Part shown: positions 14,580 through 21,182 of the stretch, piece by piece | How positions within the stretch are numbered: the first letter of the stretch is position 1 | Layout: each line of letters begins with the position of its first letter | Notes under the pieces: model-generated | The model's database searches: none | What the model was told of the DNA's origin: nothing | Seen by the model: the letters and a program-made list of their open reading frames with translations, nothing else | Translations under genes and position numbers: made by a program | Source: an uncultured Nitrososphaeria archaeon | GTDB taxonomy: Archaea > Thermoproteota > Nitrososphaeria_A > Caldarchaeales > Calditenuaceae | DNA: 21,182 nucleotides | Reading direction: 5' to 3' | Assembly (NCBI GenBank): GCA_964440295.1 | Contig: CAYTRT010000013.1 | Location: 10,819 to 32,000 of the forward strand

Positions 14580-15255
14580 GGAAAGAGCCAGAGTCGCAGC
14601 GGTGAACGCGGCGATAAAAATCGTAGCAAACATGGGTAGAGACATCACGCTGGGTTTAGGTACTGGGTCGACTTCTGCAATGTTCATCCAGGCACTGTCA
14701 AAGACCGCCGGTACTGACGCCGTGAAAGCCGTCGTTCCGACCTCTTATCAATCAGAAGAGGCAGCAGCCGAAGCGGGATTCAGGATTGCGTATCTGAGAG
14801 AAGTGAGGAGACCGGACGTCTATGTGGATAGCTTTGATCAGTGCGACTCTCAGGGAAACCTCATCAAGGGAGGCGGAGGCGCTGTTACACGTGAGAAACT
14901 ACTCATGACGCTATCACGCAGAGTAATTCTGATAGGTGAGGAGCAAAAACTCGTGGATAGGCTTAGACTGCCAGTGCCAGTTGAGGTTGTTCCCTTCGCT
15001 CTACATGGGTTATTAATAATCATTTCAGAGATGGGGTGGCACCCGATTATTAGGCCGGCATCGGGGAAGGCCGGCCCTGTCGTCACGGATAACGGCAACT
15101 TAATGCTTGACGTCGATGTAGGCGTGATCGAAAATCCATCAGAAATTGAGGTAAGGCTGAGACTAATCCCCGGAGTCGTTGAAGTTGGAGTATGTCCACG
15201 CAGAGGATACCAAGTCATTATAGGGATGAGTGATGGAACAACCAAATCAATTTAA
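14560..15255 (+). CDS. rpiA: Ribose-5-phosphate isomerase A
   Basis: Motifs seen: LGLGTGSTSAMFIQAL, DSFDQCDSQGNLIKGGGGAVTREKLL and VVTDNGNLMLDV, which are the RpiA signature regions. Confidence 0.9.
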   Translation: MEIEKARERARVAAVNAAIKIVANMGRDITLGLGTGSTSAMFIQALSKTAGTDAVKAVVPTSYQSEEAAAEAGFRIAYLREVRRPDVYVDSFDQCDSQGNLIKGGGGAVTREKLLMTLSRRVILIGEEQKLVDRLRLPVPVEVVPFALHGLLIIISEMGWHPIIRPASGKAGPVVTDNGNLMLDVDVGVIENPSEIEVRLRLIPGVVEVGVCPRRGYQVIIGMSDGTTKSI

Positions 15256-15340
15256 TTACTACTCGTTAATTAGTTCTGGTGGAAACGTTTCAAAAGGGTG
15301 ACGAGAGCTGAGTTTCAGGGAGGGGAGATTGAGACGGAAA

Positions 15341-16750
15341 ATGACCCGAGAAGCAGCAGAATATACATCGTCACTTCCGTTTGACAGCGAGATCTATAGA
15401 GAAACAATTCTGATTAATGCAGTACACTTAAAAATGCTCTGCAAACTCGGATACATCAGCAAAACCGATGCAGAAGAGGCATTAAAAATCCTTAAAGAAA
15501 TGATCGAGAAGCCAATCAGCCTAGATAACACCTCACTAGAAGATGTCCACATAGTCATTGAGGATTATTTATCAAGGCATGTACCAAACGCGGGCATGAA
15601 TCTCGCACTCGGAAAAAGCAGAAACGACACTGTCTCAACTGCTATTAGAATGCGTGTAAAGGAAAAAATCGTGGAGTTAGTTGATGAGGGAGTCCAATTT
15701 TTGGATGCCTTGCTTAAGAAGGCAGAAGAAGAAGTATTCACTATATTCCCCGTATATACCCATATGCAGGTTGCTGCTCCGGCCACGTTCGGATTTGTGA
15801 TGACGTCCTATGCCTCGAGGATTATAGGCGCCTTGGAGTCTCTGAGTAATGCATATATGTCGGCAGACCGATGCCCTCTCGGCGCTGGAGCAGTCTGTGG
15901 ATCATCCGTAAAGCTAGACAGGGAGTGGATGGCCTCGCAGCTTGGATTCTCGTACGTCTTGGAGAACGCGCTTGAGGCTTCCTCTTCGCGAGACTTTTTA
16001 ATTGATTTGCAATCGTCGCTTCTCAGATTAGTTTTACCAATATCTGACCTATCTGAGGAGCTAGTCGTGTACTCTAGTGTGGAGTATGGATTGATCGACT
16101 TGCCTGATGAGTTTGCTTCAACTAGCAGCATCATGCCCCACAAGAAAAACCCAGTAGTGGCAGAGATTGGGAGAACAAAGGTATCAGAAGTTGCATCAGA
16201 ATTTTTACGAACAATTATGATTCTGCAAAGAAGGATGGGAGGCTACGTTCTCGACCTACAGCAGGTTACACCATCTGTCTGGAGAGCAATCAACCAAGTA
16301 CTTACAACTTTGAGGGTATATAAAGAATTGATTCCCCGTCTCTCGATTAATCAGAAGAGAGCCTACGAGCTGTGCGGGCCTCCTAGCGCTATGACTGAAC
16401 TAGCTAACTATCTAACGACTAGGTGGAGAATACCATATAGGACGGCGCATAAGATTTGCGGTGAGTTGTCATCATTGATAGTCGAGGAGAAAATTAGCGA
16501 CGATGCGATAAGAGAAACTCTAAGAAAACACGATATAGACATAAACTTAACTTTACAGGATGTCTTATCACTGTTAGAGCCTAAAACAGTCGTGAACTCC
16601 TACGCGACGCTTGGTTCTGCAAATCCCTACGAGGTCTCAAGAATGATTTCTCGCATGCGTGAAGAAGTAGAAGAGTTAAGAGCCTGGCTAGAGAGCAGGA
16701 AAGAGACTCTCGCCGAGATTGAGAAAACAGTATTCGAAAATTATGAGTGA
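15341..16750 (+). CDS. argH: Argininosuccinate lyase
   Basis: Fumarate-lyase signature SSIMPHKKNP is present, plus ArgH-like SSLPFDSEIY...AVHLKML, GKSRNDTVSTAIR, YTHMQVAAPATFG and SSSRDFLIDL. The track start is TTG 15329. ATG 15341 is preferred because GGAGGGGAG lies 13-21 nt upstream. The 3' end overlaps convergent lysK by 10 nt. Confidence 0.9.
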   Translation: MTREAAEYTSSLPFDSEIYRETILINAVHLKMLCKLGYISKTDAEEALKILKEMIEKPISLDNTSLEDVHIVIEDYLSRHVPNAGMNLALGKSRNDTVSTAIRMRVKEKIVELVDEGVQFLDALLKKAEEEVFTIFPVYTHMQVAAPATFGFVMTSYASRIIGALESLSNAYMSADRCPLGAGAVCGSSVKLDREWMASQLGFSYVLENALEASSSRDFLIDLQSSLLRLVLPISDLSEELVVYSSVEYGLIDLPDEFASTSSIMPHKKNPVVAEIGRTKVSEVASEFLRTIMILQRRMGGYVLDLQQVTPSVWRAINQVLTTLRVYKELIPRLSINQKRAYELCGPPSAMTELANYLTTRWRIPYRTAHKICGELSSLIVEEKISDDAIRETLRKHDIDINLTLQDVLSLLEPKTVVNSYATLGSANPYEVSRMISRMREEVEELRAWLESRKETLAEIEKTVFENYE

Positions 16751-17799
16751 CTAACCCTCTTTTTTGAGAGCTCCTCGATGGCTTTAATGTATATAGAGGA
16801 CGATAGGCTTAGTTCCTCGACTGAGATCTTCTCGTTTGGTGTGTGGGCTAGTAGTGAGTTTCCCGGACCACAGGCCGCTATGTCGCTACTCATCTTGAAT
16901 AGGATATTCATATCGCTTGTTCCTGTCTTTTTTAGTATCTTTGGCTTTAGTCCATGTTTGATTATTGATCGGATTAATGCTCTTGGAACAGGCGATGATA
17001 AGCTGGTGCTGAATGGCTCTGTTGAGTCTATGATCGAGAGTTTACATTCATGGAGCGAGGCTATCACTTCTACCTTTTCTAAGATGGATGATGTGTCTAT
17101 GCCTGGTGGGAATCTTATGTTTATTGTGGCCTCGGCCCTCTCCGGGAGCTTAGTGGGCCAATCGCCCGCCCTAATCATCGTTACTGCTGAAGTTGTCTCT
17201 TCGTAGCTACTACCGGAGAAGACTGCCTTTACCTCATTTATTGCGTTGAGGAGCTTATCTAGAGCTGAGTCGCCTACGTATGGAGCTGAGCTATGTCCTC
17301 CTCTACCACTCGCCGTTAATGTAAACGTTAGGCTTCCACGATAGCTTATCGCGATGCCTATTACTCCGGTCGGCTCTCCTACGATTATATGGTCTGCAGT
17401 GAATCCACTTTCAAGCAATCCGAGCGCCCCCGTCCCGGCGCCCTCTTCGTCAACCAGTCCAGCCACGACTACTCTGTAATCTGGCCCTATTGGCGCTTTG
17501 GCCCCTGCATAGATCATAGCAGCTAATGGACCCTTAGCGTCGACTGCGCCTCTCCCAATAATTACTCCGGACCTCTGGCTGACGGCTAGTTCTCCCGGAA
17601 CGGTGTCTACGTGGCTCGCGAGGAGTATTGTCTTCTCTCCGCTGCCCCTAATCAATAGGTAGTTTCCAGTCTTGTCGATGATTAGCTCGTCGTAGCCGAG
17701 CTCCTTCTGGAGCCTTTTCATATCTGGCTCGAGCTTTCGCTCCTCTCCACTCGGCGTATATGTCCTTAGTAATGTGAGTAATATCTCTTCTACCTCCAA
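16741..17799 (-). CDS. lysK: [LysW]-lysine/[LysW]-ornithine hydrolase (M20 peptidase, ArgE/LysK type)
   Basis: M20 motifs LLASHVDTVPG and GRGAVDAKGPLAAM are present. It is the last gene of the lysWXJK array. TTG start with GGGGTGA 8-10 nt upstream. Confidence 0.85.
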   Translation of the reverse strand: MEVEEILLTLLRTYTPSGEERKLEPDMKRLQKELGYDELIIDKTGNYLLIRGSGEKTILLASHVDTVPGELAVSQRSGVIIGRGAVDAKGPLAAMIYAGAKAPIGPDYRVVVAGLVDEEGAGTGALGLLESGFTADHIIVGEPTGVIGIAISYRGSLTFTLTASGRGGHSSAPYVGDSALDKLLNAINEVKAVFSGSSYEETTSAVTMIRAGDWPTKLPERAEATINIRFPPGIDTSSILEKVEVIASLHECKLSIIDSTEPFSTSLSSPVPRALIRSIIKHGLKPKILKKTGTSDMNILFKMSSDIAACGPGNSLLAHTPNEKISVEELSLSSSIYIKAIEELSKKRVSHS

Positions 17800-17806
17800 A
17801 TTCTTG

Positions 17807-18997
17807 TCACCCCTTTTTCTTCAAGGACTCTTGGTACAGCTCCATCGCCTCTCCTATTACCCTGATACTCCACTCAATATCCTCGTCAGTTATTAAGTAT
17901 GGCGGGAGGAATCTAAGCACAGTTGAGCCAGCCTTCAGTGCTAGCAACCCCCTCGACTGGAGGAGTCGAATTATTTCCGCTGGATTAAAACGGATGTCAA
18001 GCCCCACCATGAGACCTTTGCCCTTTATACCCCTAACTACTGATGGATATGTCTTCACTATTTCAGATAAGCCATCCAAGAGTAGCTTGCCCTTCTCGCC
18101 TGCCTTCGAAGGGACCGCGTCGCTGATCAATACTTTAACTCCGCCCGTTACTGCCGCCAGTGCTAGAGGGTTTCCACCATGGGTAGAGCCATGCTCAGCC
18201 TCCTCGACCTTTGACGCTATCTCGTCAGTTATGGCGACAAAGCTCACGGGAAATCCGCCGCCTATGGACTTCCCCGCCACCAGTATGTCTGGACTCACTC
18301 CATAATCTAAGTGTGCCCAGACGCTACCCGTCCTACCAAACCCTGACTGTACCTCATCGATAATCAGCATTGCGCCGACTCTTCTGCACCGCTCTACCAG
18401 TGCCCTCATGAACTCCTCGCTGGACACGCTGAGCCCGCCCTCTCCCTGAACTGGCTCGACTATAACTGCAGCGAACGACTCGTCTATCTTCTCTAAACCA
18501 GAGACGTCATTGAACGGTAGAAATGTGTGTTCCCATGGGAATGGATCATACCCCGCCCGGTATTTTGGGTTGTGGGTCATTCCGAGGGCGCCCATTGTTC
18601 GACCGTGGAAGCCGCCGGTAAACGAGGCAAACTTACGTCTACCTGTTCTCTTCCTCGATAGTTTCAGTGCGAGCTCCACTGCTTCGCTCCCACTGTTCAT
18701 GAAGTATACGTTCCTAAGAGTTCTTGGGAGAATCTTTCCGAGAACTGCTAGGCAGTCATCGAGGATCTGCGAGTCAAATATCGGTGGGCATGTCATCATC
18801 CTAGATGCTTGCTCAGAAATCATCTGCACTATCACGGGGTTGTTATGTCCTAAAAATGCAGCTCCATTACCAGTGTGATAGTCGAGGTATCTTCTCCCCT
18901 CGCTGTCCCAGACATATTGTCCCCGAGCTCCGACTAGTCTTATTCCCCTACTGGGAAAAAACCTGATGAGCCTGGCGGACTCAGATTCTCCCATCAT
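17807..18997 (-). CDS. lysJ: [LysW]-aminoadipate semialdehyde / acetylornithine-type aminotransferase (class III PLP)
   Basis: Motifs seen: NSGSEAVELALKL, DEVQSGFGRTG and AGKSIGGGFP (PLP lysine). Its ATG overlaps the lysX stop (ATGA). Confidence 0.9.
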   Translation of the reverse strand: MMGESESARLIRFFPSRGIRLVGARGQYVWDSEGRRYLDYHTGNGAAFLGHNNPVIVQMISEQASRMMTCPPIFDSQILDDCLAVLGKILPRTLRNVYFMNSGSEAVELALKLSRKRTGRRKFASFTGGFHGRTMGALGMTHNPKYRAGYDPFPWEHTFLPFNDVSGLEKIDESFAAVIVEPVQGEGGLSVSSEEFMRALVERCRRVGAMLIIDEVQSGFGRTGSVWAHLDYGVSPDILVAGKSIGGGFPVSFVAITDEIASKVEEAEHGSTHGGNPLALAAVTGGVKVLISDAVPSKAGEKGKLLLDGLSEIVKTYPSVVRGIKGKGLMVGLDIRFNPAEIIRLLQSRGLLALKAGSTVLRFLPPYLITDEDIEWSIRVIGEAMELYQESLKKKG

Positions 18998-19848
18998 CTC
19001 TTAAACACTTCGACTGTAGACTTAATGATGTCGCCCGCCAAGTCATAGCCAGTGACTTGCACAGTGTTTCTAAACTCAATCACTGCGTTTATCTCGCCGA
19101 CGAGGCTCTCACCACTCTTAGTCTCCATCAAATCGATGCCAAGCACTCCGCCACCGACGGCGTCGCCGGCCTTGGTTATCAGCTCGACCTGCTCATCCGT
19201 GAGGTCTGCCCTTACTGCTCTTCCTCCAAGCGCTGTATTCGTCTTCCATCGCTTACTATATCTATATATCGCTACTGGGACTCTTCCCCAGACGTAGAAT
19301 GCCCGAATATCGCGATCCGGCTTGTCGATATACTGCTGGATATAATGAATCTTGAAGTGGGGTGAGTTCATCGATTCTCTAAAGTCAAGAATGTCTAGGA
19401 GGTCGTCCTCGGTTGTTGCCCTAGCAATAAATCGGCCCCAACTTCCGAGAATTGGCTTAACCACGACTGGGTATCCTAATTCACGAGCCGCCTCAACGGC
19501 CTTATCCCTGCTATAAGCTATGACCGTCTTCGGGACAGGTATGCCTCTACTCGCAAGAATGGTCGTAGTCACTAATTTATCACCACAGTCCCTGATTGTT
19601 CTATAGGGATTTACAACCGCTACGCCCTTCCCCTCAAGTATTATGGCTGATGACAACGCTCTATAATGGCTGACACATCTCTCCAACACGAAACCTAAAT
19701 CACTAAATTCACTACTCGAGGTATTGTTTAGCCACTCTATTCTTTTAGGAACAAAAATAGGCCTTATCGTGTGTCCTAGACGCCTAGCAGCATCGATTAG
19801 AAGCTTTTCTTCAGTCCTGAGTAAGTCATACGCGAGCCCGATTATCAC
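18994..19848 (-). CDS. lysX: ATP-grasp ligase of the RimK/LysX/ArgX family (alpha-aminoadipate/glutamate--LysW ligase)
   Basis: Motifs seen: VVKPILGSWGR, IQQYIDKPDRDIRAFYV and GIDLMETKSGESLVGEINAVIEFRN. GTG start is 12 nt after the lysW stop, with GGGAG in between. LysX and ArgX specificity cannot be distinguished by eye. Confidence 0.85.
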   Translation of the reverse strand: MIIGLAYDLLRTEEKLLIDAARRLGHTIRPIFVPKRIEWLNNTSSSEFSDLGFVLERCVSHYRALSSAIILEGKGVAVVNPYRTIRDCGDKLVTTTILASRGIPVPKTVIAYSRDKAVEAARELGYPVVVKPILGSWGRFIARATTEDDLLDILDFRESMNSPHFKIHYIQQYIDKPDRDIRAFYVWGRVPVAIYRYSKRWKTNTALGGRAVRADLTDEQVELITKAGDAVGGGVLGIDLMETKSGESLVGEINAVIEFRNTVQVTGYDLAGDIIKSTVEVFKR

Positions 19849-19860
19849 AATAAGGCTCCC

Positions 19861-20034
19861 CTATTCACCCCAGTCCTCGGCTACCTCTTCTGCTAGCTTT
19901 AGCATAAACTGTCCATTCTCAATTACGAGCTCTAACTGAGCACCACATTCTTGATGCTCGAACAACTCGCCTTCTAATGCATCATCAGGAATGTCGACCA
20001 AGCCCTCACATACAGGACATTTTAGCTTCGGCAC
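19861..20034 (-). CDS. lysW: Amino-group carrier protein LysW (57 aa, zinc-ribbon, C-terminal EDWGE)
   Basis: Not in the ORF track (too short). Hand translation of the minus strand from GTG 20034 gives (M)PKLKCPVCEGLVDIPDDALEGELFEHQECGAQLELVIENGQFMLKLAEEVAEDWGE*. It has CPxC...EC Zn-ribbon cysteines and the diagnostic C-terminal EDWGE tail, and sits immediately upstream of lysX. Confidence 0.9.
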   Translation of the reverse strand: MPKLKCPVCEGLVDIPDDALEGELFEHQECGAQLELVIENGQFMLKLAEEVAEDWGE

Positions 20035-20045
20035 TACGCAACCAC

Positions 20046-20089
20046 CACTTTGAATTCGAAGTGCATCCCTTCATCGCTACTTATAAACA
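20046..20089 (-). promoter_or_regulatory. Internal lysW promoter: TATA box (GTTTATAA, minus strand of 20081..20088) plus an 18-bp near-perfect palindrome CACTTTGAATTCGAAGTG (20046..20063) over the predicted TSS
   Basis: The 92-nt AT-rich gap between lysZ stop and lysW start contains the TATA box ~50 nt upstream of GTG 20034. The palindrome (one non-complementary pair) lies between them, and GTGGTGG follows as a possible SD. Confidence 0.45.
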
Positions 20090-20126
20090 TATCGTATTCA
20101 AGAATCTATATTACAAATTTTAACTC

Positions 20127-20927
20127 TCATGCTCTGATTAGCGTTCCCCTCATAGTGTTTATGTTCTCTAACGGGTCATCGCCTAAGCCGCTGCATATTA
20201 ATGCTTGCTTGGTACCGTTCTGCACGGCATCAGCCGCCAACATAAGCTTCCTATTCATACCTGGGCCTATCCTCGCCGATAGTTCCGCTGCCTCCTGAGG
20301 AGTAAGCCTCTCAACCAACTTCTCATGATACAACACGCCTTCGACATCAGTCATCAAGACTAGCAAGTCAGCGGCCAAAGCCTTCGCTATCGCGGCCGCC
20401 GCCTGGTCACCGTCAACGTTAAGCAGCTCTCCCTCGAGTCCAAGAGCAATCGGCGAAACCACAACAATGTAGCCGTTACCAGTCAAGAGCCCTAATACCT
20501 CGTGGTTGACCTGTTTTACCTGGCCCGTATAGCCGCCATCAATCACTCGCTTACGCCCATGCTCATCCATAACCACTATCTTTTTCTTACGCTCGGCTAG
20601 CAGAAGCCCCGCATCGGCTCCGCTCAGACCAATCGCACACCCACCCAGCCTCTGAATTGCTGAGACTATCTTCTTGTTAATCTTGCCTGCCATGACTTGC
20701 ACATACACGTCGAGCTCAGCCTCATCAGTGTAGCGACTCCTAATGCCGCTGGGAGAGACGACAAACTTCGGCTCTATTCCAAGCCTCTTGCACATGTCAG
20801 ATACTATGTCTCCTCCACCGTGGACAAAGACAATTCTGTGATTTAGCTGCCACAACTTTACTATGCTTTTAGCGATGTTATCCATGTTTGAAGCCAGAAC
20901 TCTCCCACCGGCCTTAACCACGAGCAT
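20127..20927 (-). CDS. lysZ: [LysW]-aminoadipate/glutamate kinase (amino-acid kinase family, ArgB/LysZ)
   Basis: Motifs seen: MLVVKAGGRVL, VFVHGGG and LMTDVEGVL, which are AAK family motifs. GGTGAG lies 5-10 nt upstream of the ATG. Confidence 0.9.
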   Translation of the reverse strand: MLVVKAGGRVLASNMDNIAKSIVKLWQLNHRIVFVHGGGDIVSDMCKRLGIEPKFVVSPSGIRSRYTDEAELDVYVQVMAGKINKKIVSAIQRLGGCAIGLSGADAGLLLAERKKKIVVMDEHGRKRVIDGGYTGQVKQVNHEVLGLLTGNGYIVVVSPIALGLEGELLNVDGDQAAAAIAKALAADLLVLMTDVEGVLYHEKLVERLTPQEAAELSARIGPGMNRKLMLAADAVQNGTKQALICSGLGDDPLENINTMRGTLIRA

Positions 20928-20937
20928 AAACTCTCAC

Positions 20938-21182
20938 CTATGCAGGACTAAGAGGAGGCGCGTCAAGCCCAGCCTTCTCGTCAAACCCACACATGATGTT
21001 CATACACTGAACTGCCTGGCCGGCAGCTCCCTTGATCAAATTATCAATAGCCCCGAACAGGGCGGCTCTCCTCCTACTTTCTTCCACCGCAAACCCGACA
21101 TCGCAGTAATTACTGCCTATAGTGTACTTTGGGTCAGGATACTTTACGGGGCCAGTCCTCACAATTCTTATGAAGGGCTCCT
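20938..21182 (-). CDS. lysY: Partial CDS (C-terminal ~81 codons; continues past the right window edge): [LysW]-aminoadipyl/glutamyl-phosphate reductase (ArgC/LysY)
   Basis: The reading frame is open to the window edge, so the track's 'M' at 21162 is an internal GTG (Val). C-terminal AIDNLIKGAAGQAVQCMNIMCGF matches the conserved ArgC/LysY tail DNLxKGAAGQAVQNMN. Confidence 0.85.
   Translation of the reverse strand, partial: EPFIRIVRTGPVKYPDPKYTIGSNYCDVGFAVEESRRRAALFGAIDNLIKGAAGQAVQCMNIMCGFDEKAGLDAPPLSPA

Noticed and set aside
1-21182. CRISPR array, rRNA, transposon/IS, or known defence-system genes
   Set aside because: No regularly spaced direct repeats were seen, no long GC-rich structured RNA other than the tRNA, and no transposase, Cas or restriction-like ORFs.

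Overview
The window is an archaeal chromosomal segment. The signals supporting this are AT-rich TATA boxes about 25-35 nt upstream of start codons, GGTGA/GGAG-type Shine-Dalgarno motifs only before operon-internal genes, a GC-rich intron-containing tRNA, and LysW-type lysine/arginine biosynthesis. The style looks Thermoproteota/Crenarchaeota-like, but the organism cannot be named from sequence alone.

The left third (1-5972) holds accessory or poorly characterised genes:
- a truncated MFS-like transporter
- an internally duplicated double winged-helix (wHTH) regulator, divergent from an ACT+V4R small-molecule sensor protein
- tRNA-His(GUG) with two putative bulge-helix-bulge introns
- an OsmC-family protein
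- an orphan 89-aa ORF
- an ArsB/NhaD-type permease
- a DUF434/NYN-like protein

The rest is housekeeping:
- leuS and trxB
- a type II (FecCD/BtuCD-like) ABC importer operon (SBP-permease-ATPase) followed by nfi
- rpiA and argH
- a complete LysW-carrier cluster lysY-lysZ / lysW-lysX-lysJ-lysK. The 57-aa lysW gene is absent from the supplied ORF track and was found by hand translation.

I found no CRISPR array, rRNA, transposase/integrase or obvious defence system. The candidates for something undescribed are:
- the double-wHTH / ACT-V4R divergent pair
- the ~165-aa extra C-terminal domain on the ABC ATPase
- several strong palindromes placed exactly at predicted promoters or transcription start sites (TSS)

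All family assignments come from motif recognition by eye, with no database search. Several ORF-track starts are non-ATG (TTG/GTG) or look over-extended, and I give revised starts where promoter or overlap logic supports them.
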